Shown here piece by piece: positions 19,578 through 28,399 of a DNA stretch of 64,000 nucleotides (position 1 is its first letter; each line of letters starts with the position of its first letter). Under the pieces are notes generated by a model. It saw nothing but the letters and a program-made list of their open reading frames with translations. It made no database searches and was not told the origin of the DNA. The stretch comes from a virus (lineage: Duplodnaviria > Caudoviricetes), in the IMG/VR virus record IMGVR_UViG_3300010049_000001, positions 1,510 through 65,509 of that record; one strand, 5' to 3'. Made by a program: the position numbers and the translations under genes.

Positions 19578-19828
19578 GACATTCCTCCCCTTCTTCTTGT
19601 AGCTTTTTCTTTTAATTCTTCTATCCCAGTATGCATAGTCTCAAACAAACTCGAATCAGGATGTTGTAGATATATCATAAATGTCTCGAAGAGTGCTGCA
19701 ATCAACATAATTCTGTGATCGACAGATACTACTTCACCTAGCTCTTTGAGGTCTACTTCTACAAGTGTTCCTTCTTTACTCACAACCAATACTTTATCGG
19801 ATGAGGCTTTGTCGTTATCTTTCATCAC
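19574..19828 (-). CDS. Hypothetical protein in the modification cluster
   Basis: 84 aa, overlaps both neighbours by 4 nt. Confidence 0.6.
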   Translation of the reverse strand: MMKDNDKASSDKVLVVSKEGTLVEVDLKELGEVVSVDHRIMLIAALFETFMIYLQHPDSSLFETMHTGIEELKEKATRRRGGMS

Positions 19829-20721
19829 TTATGCTCCAGACTTGCGAAGAACTCTGCACGAACCTCTGGCCTCTCATATTTGCCACGGATAGCACAGTAG
19901 GTCATGTCCATCTTCTGTTTGTTAACTCCCCTGCTACATGCGCACATGTGCCGACCAGTGATGAAAACGATAACACCATCCGTCTCATTGGTTTTCCAAA
20001 TCTCTTCAGCGACCTGTTCCGCTATACGTTCTTGAGTTTGGAAGCGTCTTGCAAACTTGTCAACGACTCGTGGGAGTTTACTGAGACCGATAACTTTTCC
20101 TTTTGCAATGTAGCCCACGTTGACTTCCCCAAAGAACGGCGCCATGTGGTGCTCACAATGGGAGTAGTATTCGATTCCGCGGACAATAATTGCGCCACTA
20201 CATGCTGCCAAGGCATCATCTTCGAACACCTTTAGATTTACATCCTGACTGTATCCTACAAACCATTCCTTCCATGCTTTGGCAGCACGGGTAGGTGTTT
20301 CTAACATGCCAGGACGAGTTGGATCATCGCCTGCAAATTGAATGAGGCGTCGGAAGTTGTCTTCGATAGAACTTTCTTCGGTTCCTTCCCATGGAAAGAT
20401 ATACCATGTCGGATCATTTAGATACTTTCCTTTTCCTTTATCCACAAGAGCGAAGAAAGGTTTAAAATAGTTATCGAAGTACTTTTTCTTTGTTATTCCA
20501 GAGTCAATAATATCATCAATGAATATGGTTGCTTCGCTCGCATTCTGAACAATAGAAGCACTCTCAAGTCTTTGAGCTACTTGATATGCTGGAACTATCC
20601 CACCACGAGGAACTCCATATAACTTATGATGTCCTCTTCCAAGATTATGATGGATATGATTTGCCACATCATCGGCTAGTTCTTCGCACTCAAGCAAAGT
20701 CAAAGATCTTATTCGATTCAT
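19825..20721 (-). CDS. folE: Type I phosphoribosyltransferase domain fused to GTP cyclohydrolase I
   Basis: N-terminal YGVPRGG, IDDIIDSGIT, WYIFPWE; C-terminal ETPTR, YSHCEHHMAPF, GLSKLPR, QTQERI, HMCACSRGV. Start revised to ATG 20721 after GGAGGTG. Confidence 0.9.
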   Translation of the reverse strand: MNRIRSLTLLECEELADDVANHIHHNLGRGHHKLYGVPRGGIVPAYQVAQRLESASIVQNASEATIFIDDIIDSGITKKKYFDNYFKPFFALVDKGKGKYLNDPTWYIFPWEGTEESSIEDNFRRLIQFAGDDPTRPGMLETPTRAAKAWKEWFVGYSQDVNLKVFEDDALAACSGAIIVRGIEYYSHCEHHMAPFFGEVNVGYIAKGKVIGLSKLPRVVDKFARRFQTQERIAEQVAEEIWKTNETDGVIVFITGRHMCACSRGVNKQKMDMTYCAIRGKYERPEVRAEFFASLEHK

Positions 20722-21179
20722 CTCACCACCTCCGTATAGCACTTGGAAGTTTCTTCTACACGGACAGAAACAAGTTCGACCTCGGTATAGTCCTTGAGAA
20801 GATAGTTTCCATTCCCAAGAAGATATGAAGCCATGTTCTCAGCTGTAGGATTGAAAGGAACCCATACAATTGACCTTCTCAATAGAAGACCGCCTTCGCG
20901 ACCTTCCATGACTGAGTTTATCCGGATCATATCCGGATCTTCATTCCAGATAAGAGTTTTATGATCCCAGTTATCTTCCAGCCATTGGCAAAGGACAGAC
21001 TTCATTACTGAAAAATCAAGTACCCTTCCAACCTCATCAAGCATACGAACCGCTGTTACACCGAACGTAATCTTGTATCTGTGACCATGTAGGTGTTCGC
21101 ACTTCCCACCTTGACCGACGACCCGATGGCCGCAGTCGATTTCATGTGAGCGATAAGCTATCGGTAGATTTGAGTTCAT
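20718..21179 (-). CDS. queD: 6-carboxytetrahydropterin synthase
   Basis: CGHR, CEHLHGHRY, LDFS, WDH, PTAEN, VEETSK; start revised to ATG 21179. Confidence 0.9.
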   Translation of the reverse strand: MNSNLPIAYRSHEIDCGHRVVGQGGKCEHLHGHRYKITFGVTAVRMLDEVGRVLDFSVMKSVLCQWLEDNWDHKTLIWNEDPDMIRINSVMEGREGGLLLRRSIVWVPFNPTAENMASYLLGNGNYLLKDYTEVELVSVRVEETSKCYTEVVR

Positions 21180-21945
21180 TCTCGCACCTTTCTTGATAGA
21201 GATTGGATTGTTCCAAGAGAATGTTTGCGAATCGCAACTCATTCCCTTCGAAGTTTATTTCTCTTTGAGCTCTGTCCCACAGAATAGCAGGATCAGGAAT
21301 ACCGGCATCAGCAAAACCTTTAGCACGAAGAGTCGCTGCTGCATCAGTTCCGATAACCTCACCAGAATAACTAGTTATAGAATGTGCAAGAGCATAATAA
21401 AGCAATGGATTTTGCATCGCATACTCTGCCTCTTCTTTTTTTGACCAAGTCATTAGAGGGGTTACAATCGAAATCCTTGCATAGTCACCAGAGTTAAATA
21501 GCCCCCAGTTGCTAGCAGCTTGGATAGAATCAATAAATGTCGCCCTACAATCTGGGTAACCGCTGTAGTCAACTTGGCTTACTCCAATGATAATTTGCTG
21601 ACAACCAATAACTACAGCTCTATTATAAGCAACAGTTAGAAAGAGTTGGTTTCGCATCGGAACAAAGGTGTTCGCTACTCCACCTTTATATTCTTCTAAT
21701 GGCAGTTCATGTTGAAGAAGAGGAGAGAGTCCATGCAGAACATTATCTACATTGATAACTTCATGTGAGTCAACTTGGAGGATATGTGCGATCCTTTTTG
21801 CTGCTTCGATTTCAGTTCGATTTCGTTGACCATAGTCAAAGGTAATTGCATGAATGCTATCGAAGTTGTCAAGGTGCCTTGCCATGTATAGACAAGTGGT
21901 AGAATCTTGCCCGCCTGAAAGAATCACTAATGCTTGTCGTGTCAT
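21142..21945 (-). CDS. queC: 7-cyano-7-deazaguanine synthase, variant lacking the Zn cysteines
   Basis: LSGGQDSTTC, FDYGQR, VPMRN, YSGYPDCR, TPL, LRAKGF. Confidence 0.9.
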   Translation of the reverse strand: MTRQALVILSGGQDSTTCLYMARHLDNFDSIHAITFDYGQRNRTEIEAAKRIAHILQVDSHEVINVDNVLHGLSPLLQHELPLEEYKGGVANTFVPMRNQLFLTVAYNRAVVIGCQQIIIGVSQVDYSGYPDCRATFIDSIQAASNWGLFNSGDYARISIVTPLMTWSKKEEAEYAMQNPLLYYALAHSITSYSGEVIGTDAAATLRAKGFADAGIPDPAILWDRAQREINFEGNELRFANILLEQSNLYQERCENELKSTDSLSLT

Positions 21946-21947
21946 GA

Positions 21948-22652
21948 TTATCTCATCCCGAGAAGTTTATGGGTTTGAATACTGACCTTCCAACCTCTTA
22001 AAGCTGCTTCAGTTATAGCAAATTCTAAATTATCTATTCCAGGTTCCGGTTGTAGAAAAACTTCCGTACTCAAAAGCCATTCTTTATCAAGAAGTTCTAC
22101 TGGACTTATATTTCCAAGGACAAAGTTAAAATCTTTTTCTGGTTTAGTCACGATAAATTTTATAGCTGTTGCTTTCTTAATAGCATCTTCATGTATTCTT
22201 GTTTTTGGGCTGACCACTATATGTAAATTTGGTTGATTTTTTATTGGAATTGGTAGTGATCCATTTGTTTCAAATTGTACCACAAACCCATGAGCAAGTA
22301 AAGCATTTGCGAGAGGAGTTACATTCTGATGGAATGGCTCACCACCAGTAATAACTACAGTTCTATATTCTGGATACTCTATGAGGATACGATTTTGGAT
22401 TTCATACACACGTAACGATTCAAGATTAGAAGTGTAATCTGTATCGCAGCGCGGACATTGTAGATTGCATCCATAGAGACGAATAAATACCGCAGGTGTT
22501 CCACAGAGCGGACCTTCAAATTGTACAGAGGCGAAGATCTCCATGACATAAAGATTACCTTCTGGGTGCATGAAGGCCTTAACTGGTCGTTGCTTATTCA
22601 TTTCGGGCTCACTGTAGTAGAAGCGCTTTACGTTATCGCCCAACGGGTTCAC
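21948..22652 (-). CDS. queE: 7-carboxy-7-deazaguanine synthase (radical SAM)
   Basis: EIFASVQ.EG, FIRLYGCNLQCPRCDT (CxxxCxxC), ITGGEP, ETNG, VSPK, LQP, SIQTHK. Confidence 0.92.
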   Translation of the reverse strand: MNPLGDNVKRFYYSEPEMNKQRPVKAFMHPEGNLYVMEIFASVQFEGPLCGTPAVFIRLYGCNLQCPRCDTDYTSNLESLRVYEIQNRILIEYPEYRTVVITGGEPFHQNVTPLANALLAHGFVVQFETNGSLPIPIKNQPNLHIVVSPKTRIHEDAIKKATAIKFIVTKPEKDFNFVLGNISPVELLDKEWLLSTEVFLQPEPGIDNLEFAITEAALRGWKVSIQTHKLLGMR

Positions 22653-22654
22653 CT

Positions 22655-22812
22655 GCTTGCTAGTCTTTTCCTTGACTCTTTATATTGGTAGCAGTTTCAA
22701 TCTGAAACTTGGAAAGACGCGGTCATCGTTTCAGCAACCCTCTACTATATCCCGGCTCTCGTGTTGCACCATGGCTGGCCACACTCGCAGGGAAGCGTCT
22801 ATGAGTCATAAT
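22655..22812 (-). ncRNA. Candidate structured leader / ncRNA upstream of queE
   Basis: Nested stems TGACTC/GAGTCA, TAGTAG/CTGCTA (G-U pair favours the minus strand) and CTGAAAC/GTTTCAG. Confidence 0.4.
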
Positions 22813-22813
22813 C

Positions 22814-23119
22814 TTATTCAGCCTGGGCTTCTTTGGCAACAGGTGCAGCCTTCGGCTTGCCAAGATAAACACACCACTTTCCATACTGCGTCATGGCGGT
22901 AGCTTTGTTGATGCCGGCGTTGACGCAAGCTTCGATGACTTCCTTGCGGGTCGCCCATTCCTTCTTCTCATTTGAGAGCTTGGAGGCGATGTCCCATACC
23001 CTGCGACAGGTTGTTCCTTCGCCAGGTCTGGTTACACCGTTCTTAGAATCCTTGGGGGCCTTTTCGACGGCAGGTTTGGCGGCTTCTTCAGCGGGGGCTT
23101 CGGCTTTGTTCTTAGCCAT
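22814..23119 (-). CDS. Small helical DNA-binding-like protein, paralog 1 of a four-member family
   Basis: RVWDIAS...RKEVIEACVNAGINKATAMTQYGKW; AAGGAG SD. Confidence 0.7.
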   Translation of the reverse strand: MAKNKAEAPAEEAAKPAVEKAPKDSKNGVTRPGEGTTCRRVWDIASKLSNEKKEWATRKEVIEACVNAGINKATAMTQYGKWCVYLGKPKAAPVAKEAQAE

Positions 23120-23140
23120 GATGTTTGCTCCTTATGTGGA

Positions 23141-23989
23141 TTAACTCCACGGGTTTGAGGATGTTACGCTTGAGTCATCCGTCGGCTCGGGTGAGTCAAA
23201 ACCGTTTGACTTAATAGAATTGTCTGTGATAGTTTGGTCATTGTCACTAGTGTCTTCTTTATTATTTAGATTACCTTTTTGATTACTTAGCAACCATTTT
23301 CCAAATTGGACTTGTGCTGTAGCTGGATTGATATTCTGAGAAGTACACCTAACAATTACTTCTTTCTTAAGACTACGAAGTTCTTGGTTAGGATATAGGA
23401 GTCTCACTTCATCAGCGATTGCCCATACATTACCTGTTGCTGTGCCTGCCTTTGGTCTGCCAGGAATCCCGCCGTTCTGCCCTTGTGTGACACGACCGCC
23501 CCCTTGCCTTTGTGAGGACATTGCCCTTGCCCCACCACCCCGTGTGCCTTGTTTTACGGGGTATTGGATTTCCGGAACATCCTTCGGATTAAGCGGTATC
23601 ATATCTTGTGCTAGCTTACTACAAATAGCACACATAGTAGCATAATCAAGGTCACCACAATCAGTCCCCACGGTATTCCAGTGGAGAGTCCGAAGGTCAT
23701 TCTTCTCGAATGAAGAAAAGGTATGGGATCGTTCGAGTGGTCCAATAATGATGGACTCAACTGGGATTCCAACTTCTCTTCCATATCCATAGACTGTTGC
23801 ATAGCTTCCTGTTCCGATAAAGGTAAGCTTGCGCTTATCAATTCCGACCCAGCGAGTTGAATTTGTAGTCTTTTCATGCTCCTGTGGGAGCGGGTTGTGA
23901 TGTTCACCAAAGATCTCCCCAGTAGGATCGGATGGATGTCTTCCGCGAAGAACATTTATCACAGAAGGTTCGTCAGGTTTGGTGGTCAT
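23141..23989 (-). CDS. Hypothetical protein with C-terminal paralog-2 domain
   Basis: NVWAIADE...KKEVIVRCTSQNINPATAQVQFGKW. Confidence 0.65.
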   Translation of the reverse strand: MTTKPDEPSVINVLRGRHPSDPTGEIFGEHHNPLPQEHEKTTNSTRWVGIDKRKLTFIGTGSYATVYGYGREVGIPVESIIIGPLERSHTFSSFEKNDLRTLHWNTVGTDCGDLDYATMCAICSKLAQDMIPLNPKDVPEIQYPVKQGTRGGGARAMSSQRQGGGRVTQGQNGGIPGRPKAGTATGNVWAIADEVRLLYPNQELRSLKKEVIVRCTSQNINPATAQVQFGKWLLSNQKGNLNNKEDTSDNDQTITDNSIKSNGFDSPEPTDDSSVTSSNPWS

Positions 23990-23998
23990 GTCTTACTC

Positions 23999-24199
23999 CT
24001 AGAAAGGAAGTTCCAATTCCCAATGATGGCATCCATGAACAATTACATCCGGAGGAGGATTGCCATACTCTTTACACTTTAGATCTTTCTTGCACCAGGT
24101 CATGCAGTTGATGCAAGAGTGCCAGACCTGTTCCTTTAAGCAAAGCTTTTGAAACTTGATCGTTTGATCGTTCTGGTTGTAGTTTGGGTAGCGCATCAT
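23999..24199 (-). CDS. Small Cys-rich (putative Zn-binding) protein
   Basis: SCINC, CKKDLKC, GCHHW, ends ELELPF; coupled to the helicase. Confidence 0.6.
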   Translation of the reverse strand: MMRYPNYNQNDQTIKFQKLCLKEQVWHSCINCMTWCKKDLKCKEYGNPPPDVIVHGCHHWELELPF

Positions 24200-25833
24200 G
24201 CTGCCTCATGCAAACAGTACTGGTCAATCTTTGAATACTTCTCTCCATACTTAACACGAATAGAAGAGCAGGTTTTTAACTCTCCAAGCCTAGACAATGC
24301 TTCTTCTACAGTCTTTGGCACAGGAGTTAAACTTCTCTTAGCCCACCACTTCTCAGCTGTATGGCGAGGATATCCATTGTGTTCAAAACAAACCCATTCT
24401 CTAAACGCTTTCAGATTACAATGATAAGTAACTAGCATTGATTTCTTTTCTTTCATATGTAGAGAATAGATAACACGATCAACTATATATTCTTTTAACT
24501 CAGATTCGTTATTGGTTTTTACTAGAACATCTGTTCCAGATGTTGCTTTAATCTTTTGACTGATTGGAAATATATTACCACAATGGGGACAAACTTTCAA
24601 GCTTGCATGGACATAGGTGTTACATTTATCGCAGAGCCGAACTGGTGCAATAGCCTCGCCGACACCTTTCTTTCCAGTAGGTATGACTGGGTCGTTGATT
24701 GGACCAAGCCTCTTGGTGTTTCCGGCGAAGTCGAGGACGAGACAGTCGGGCTTTCCAGAAGCAGCAATAGCAGCCAGGCGCCCTTCTTTTGTTAAGAGAT
24801 CATATCCAGGTGCATACAATGGACGGTCTCCCCGGCCGAGCATCTGAACCCACAGCCCAGCAGACTTAGTAGCGCGAACGACCGCAATAAGATCCAGAGC
24901 GTCGAAATCGTAACCAGTAGTAAGCAAACCAAAAACGACCAATGCTCTAATCTTTCCTGATTCAAAATCCGCAATGACTTCATGACGATCCTCCGACTCA
25001 GCACTCAATGACCGTGCTCGAACAAAGTTGTACTGTAGGACTCTACAGATGCTTTGTGCGTGTTCAAGTCCTGACGCAAAGATAAGCCAGTGTTTTCTAT
25101 TCTGTCCCTTAGCTATTATTTCTTCGCATACCTTTATAGTTATCGGATCTACATTGTACTTAGCTTGTTGATCTTTCAGGTTGTAGTCACCTGCTGTTGT
25201 TCGTAACCCATGAACACTTAGGGTGATGTCGGTCGGTTGTGGTCTTAGATAGGATAGATAACCATTCTCAAAGAACCAGTTAAACAAATCCATCTTGGTC
25301 ATATCAACAGCGATGTCTGTAAAGACTCCACCGTTTGTAAGACAACCTAGTTTCTGTCTCCATCCTGTAGCACTAAAACCTATCCAACGACAATTCGGAT
25401 TATGATGTAAGGTCTTCTTAAAGAACTTATGATACATGGTGGTGTCTTTATCAGACACTAGATGACACTCATCGACTATAACCAGATCAACACCAACAGG
25501 ATCTATCTTTATTATAGATGCGATACCAGCATTCACTATTTGTGCTGAGTGATCTTTTATCTTTAACCCTGCTGAGTAAATACTTACGGGTGCCTCTGGC
25601 CACCATTTCTTGAGCTTATCTACGTTCTGTCCAATGATCTGAATGTCATGGGTAAGAACTAATGCTTTGTGTGTCGGGTGTTGCTCGAAGTATCTAATCA
25701 AAAACAGCGCAATGCAGATCGTCTTTCCAGTTGCTGTAGGAGCTAAGTACAAAGGATGTCCGGGCTTGGTTTCTAAAAAGTTACCAAGCACATTGACTCC
25801 CCATGTCTGATAGCTTCTAGCTTCTAGATGCAC
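24196..25833 (-). CDS. SF2 DExH helicase with Zn finger (RadD/YejH-like)
   Basis: RSYQ, APTATGKT, IVDECH, FSAT, TTGYD, QMLGRGDR, CDKC...CPHC. Confidence 0.93.
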   Translation of the reverse strand: MHLEARSYQTWGVNVLGNFLETKPGHPLYLAPTATGKTICIALFLIRYFEQHPTHKALVLTHDIQIIGQNVDKLKKWWPEAPVSIYSAGLKIKDHSAQIVNAGIASIIKIDPVGVDLVIVDECHLVSDKDTTMYHKFFKKTLHHNPNCRWIGFSATGWRQKLGCLTNGGVFTDIAVDMTKMDLFNWFFENGYLSYLRPQPTDITLSVHGLRTTAGDYNLKDQQAKYNVDPITIKVCEEIIAKGQNRKHWLIFASGLEHAQSICRVLQYNFVRARSLSAESEDRHEVIADFESGKIRALVVFGLLTTGYDFDALDLIAVVRATKSAGLWVQMLGRGDRPLYAPGYDLLTKEGRLAAIAASGKPDCLVLDFAGNTKRLGPINDPVIPTGKKGVGEAIAPVRLCDKCNTYVHASLKVCPHCGNIFPISQKIKATSGTDVLVKTNNESELKEYIVDRVIYSLHMKEKKSMLVTYHCNLKAFREWVCFEHNGYPRHTAEKWWAKRSLTPVPKTVEEALSRLGELKTCSSIRVKYGEKYSKIDQYCLHEAA

Positions 25834-26735
25834 GGGTTCCTCCGATAGAGATTACATCCAGCGAGCTGTTCATGATAGGACTTAACGATGTTCTCCACTT
25901 TACAGACAACACCGATCTTTTGTACTTCGCAAGCCTGACAAGTTCGACAGTTAATCAGTACTGGTTTTGTTTGGTTACAGACATCTTTGAAATCGCAATA
26001 AGCACAGTCAAAAGAAGTTGGATCTAATGAACATCGTGCCGGTGGGGTAGGTAAATAAACTATCGTTTGAGCCAGATTGATTGAGTGTGCGAAACACTTG
26101 GAATCGTATGGGATAAGTTCACCATAGATATTCGAATCGTTTTTGTTATATCCTAGATACAAAGCCCACGGAAGTTGATAAGCTCCCATGTAGCATTGTG
26201 TCTGAACGTAGTATTTATAGTATGTTTCTTTTACACCGGATACCTTAAGCTTTCCATACAGCTTATCGTTGTGAGTCTTAAATTCTGCCAATCCTGCTCC
26301 TGGTGCATCAGGAACGTTCTCAACTACCCCGTCGAGATGGCCTCTCATGTGACCATCGACAGCAGTCATTCCATACTGTTGTCCATCTTCTCTTTTGTCA
26401 TGGACGGTTACTCCTGCCATTCTAAGAAGGGCTATAAAACTGTGCTCTTTTATTTGGCCGTCGTCGAAGATTCTTTGTAAGCGTGCTGGATGCTTTTCTT
26501 TATGCGTCCATCTAAACGCATACCACATTGCTCTTGGACAAGCTCCACCGATTACAGATGCCCCAAGATATTGGCGAAAAGGTTTATCCTCATCTACAGG
26601 GTTGGTAGCAGCGTTGAGATTCTTGTAGAGTTGTTCGCGATAACTTTTTCCTTGATCGGCTTCCATCAATTCATCAATACGAGTAAGAAGCTTTACTGGG
26701 TAGCGCATAATCGATCCAGGAAAAAGTCCCGCCAA
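25824..26735 (-). CDS. PD-(D/E)XK (Cas4-like) exonuclease
   Basis: YLGAS.IG..CPR..WY, GHLDG, EFKT, QTQCYM, CAYCDFKDVC, NCRTC. Confidence 0.85.
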   Translation of the reverse strand: MAGLFPGSIMRYPVKLLTRIDELMEADQGKSYREQLYKNLNAATNPVDEDKPFRQYLGASVIGGACPRAMWYAFRWTHKEKHPARLQRIFDDGQIKEHSFIALLRMAGVTVHDKREDGQQYGMTAVDGHMRGHLDGVVENVPDAPGAGLAEFKTHNDKLYGKLKVSGVKETYYKYYVQTQCYMGAYQLPWALYLGYNKNDSNIYGELIPYDSKCFAHSINLAQTIVYLPTPPARCSLDPTSFDCAYCDFKDVCNQTKPVLINCRTCQACEVQKIGVVCKVENIVKSYHEQLAGCNLYRRNPCI

Positions 26736-26805
26736 CGAAAGGAAAGGTGGAACGTTGGCGGGAGAAGGACTTCAGGAGGAAAAGCTGAAATCAGGCGGCA
26801 ATTAT

Positions 26806-27486
26806 TTACCAGGGTGGTTGCTTGGCTACAGGCGGTTGTCCTTGCGGAGGTTGCGCCGGAGGAGTCCATTGGCCTTGCTGTTGCGCTTGAGGTGGTGCTT
26901 GTTGCGCTTGTGCAGGTTGAGGCGGAGGTTGCCATTGTTGTTGCTGCTGCGGCGGAACGTTTTGTTGCGGCGGTTGCTGCGGCGGCGTCCACTGTGCTGG
27001 CTGCTGCTGCGGCTGAGACTGAGGCTGAGCCGGAGGTGTCCATTGGCCTTGCCCACCTGTAGCTTGTGGCATAGGTTGTGCAAACTGCTGTTGCGCTTGA
27101 GCTGCTCCTGGGCCAAGAATAGGACGAACATCCTTGATCTTGAAAGTGTCAGGGTACTGTGGATCTTTTGAAGGAACCCATGCCCCACGAAATTCGAACG
27201 GAATGTTATGAAGCTGTTCGGTATCCTGGAAGGAAGCAATACCCATCGCAGAGCAATACTTGGACAGCTGTTTTCTTGCTATTGCTTCTGCAGCAGGGTT
27301 CGGATTGATGACATTGAGCAAATCAAAGAACGCTTCGCCGGAATATTGCCCTTGTGTCACGACGACTGTGAGTGAAAGGTATTCTCCATCACCACCCTTG
27401 GTGGTTTCTTTGGAGGAAGCTGTGATAACACCGGTGTACCAACCATCTTGAATAGGCGGTGCAGCGGTGAATGCGAACATAACCAT
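26806..27486 (-). CDS. Single-stranded DNA-binding protein with Q/P-rich tail
   Basis: PIQDGWY, YLSLT, FFDLLN..NPNP.AE.IARKQL...C..MG; beside the Sak4-like ATPase. Confidence 0.75.
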   Translation of the reverse strand: MVMFAFTAAPPIQDGWYTGVITASSKETTKGGDGEYLSLTVVVTQGQYSGEAFFDLLNVINPNPAAEAIARKQLSKYCSAMGIASFQDTEQLHNIPFEFRGAWVPSKDPQYPDTFKIKDVRPILGPGAAQAQQQFAQPMPQATGGQGQWTPPAQPQSQPQQQPAQWTPPQQPPQQNVPPQQQQQWQPPPQPAQAQQAPPQAQQQGQWTPPAQPPQGQPPVAKQPPW

Positions 27487-28178
27487 TATCTGGCTCCTTG
27501 TATCTTTGCAAAGATTTGAGAGAGGTCGGGATTTATTTCGATAGGTGCCAAGACTCCCGACCGATCCTTGGCATCCGCTTCTGGGGATGGTTGTGTTTGT
27601 AGAAATCTATACTTCTGATTTTGTTCAGTCACTCCCACACCCATTCGCCATACTTCATCGAAAAAAAACGGGATGTCAGAACCAACTTTATCCCAAGGTG
27701 TCATACATCCATACTTCAATCCACCTCCGGGCTGTTTAACTTTATCTTCTTTACAAGTCATATAAATATGCTTGCCTGGAATATCTCGGTAAGCTTTTAT
27801 AAGCCATAACATACGCCGACGGAATTCAGGATAAGCCCTACGACCGTCATTCTTTGTTTCCTTCATAATTTGATCGAAGATTGTTTCTGAAATATCTGAA
27901 AGAGAGTCTAAACAAACAGTCTTAACCCAGGATGAAGCAGGAGTCATAAGCCATTGCCAAATCTCTGTAATAGTATCAATGCTTCTGATCTCAACTTTTG
28001 GAAGATCAAGATTGCGTAAAGGCATCAATCCTCTTTCAGCTGAGATAATGAATGGAGAAGGTGCCGTAGCAATTAGTGTGGTCTTGCCTACACCCGTGGC
28101 ACCATAGCAAACTACCTTCTGGGCATCCATGCTGGAACCAAGTGTGCTTTCAATAACAAACGGCATGACCTTCTCCAA
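27486..28178 (-). CDS. Sak4-like AAA ATPase / recombinase
   Basis: YGATGVGKTT, ISAERGL, LDSLS, FFDEV, AKDRSG. Confidence 0.85.
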   Translation of the reverse strand: MEKVMPFVIESTLGSSMDAQKVVCYGATGVGKTTLIATAPSPFIISAERGLMPLRNLDLPKVEIRSIDTITEIWQWLMTPASSWVKTVCLDSLSDISETIFDQIMKETKNDGRRAYPEFRRRMLWLIKAYRDIPGKHIYMTCKEDKVKQPGGGLKYGCMTPWDKVGSDIPFFFDEVWRMGVGVTEQNQKYRFLQTQPSPEADAKDRSGVLAPIEINPDLSQIFAKIQGAR

Positions 28179-28231
28179 GTTGATAATAGGATTCTATCAG
28201 GTTATCATTGAGTTGACACGACAAACCTAGA

Positions 28232-28399
28232 TTAATCCGGATAGAGTATCTTATGACACTCCTCCACAGTACCACCCTTCTTGAGACAAGCTTGATGCTC
28301 TTGCGCCTTTCTAGCTTTGTTAGGTTCCATGTAAATGGTACCACCGACGCAACCAGATAATATGACCGCGGTGAGTACTGCACAAATAACCAGCTTCAT
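28232..28399 (-). CDS. 55-aa lipoprotein (not in ORF track)
   Basis: MKLVICAVLTAVILSG|C lipobox, then VGGTIYMEPNKARKAQEHQACLKKGGTVEECHKILYPD*. Confidence 0.7.
   Translation of the reverse strand: MKLVICAVLTAVILSGCVGGTIYMEPNKARKAQEHQACLKKGGTVEECHKILYPD

Noticed and set aside
25824-26735. Cas4-like nuclease as evidence of a CRISPR system
   Set aside because: No array or other cas genes; these nucleases are standard next to SSB and Sak4 in phage recombination modules.
26490-27239. Several long Ala/Val- or Arg/Leu-rich ORFs overlapping the SSB tail
   Set aside because: By-products of the CAG/CCG low-complexity repeat.
28150-28383. 77-aa ORF from the track
   Set aside because: Overlaps a better-supported lipoprotein ORF (28232-28399) that has a lipobox and translational coupling.
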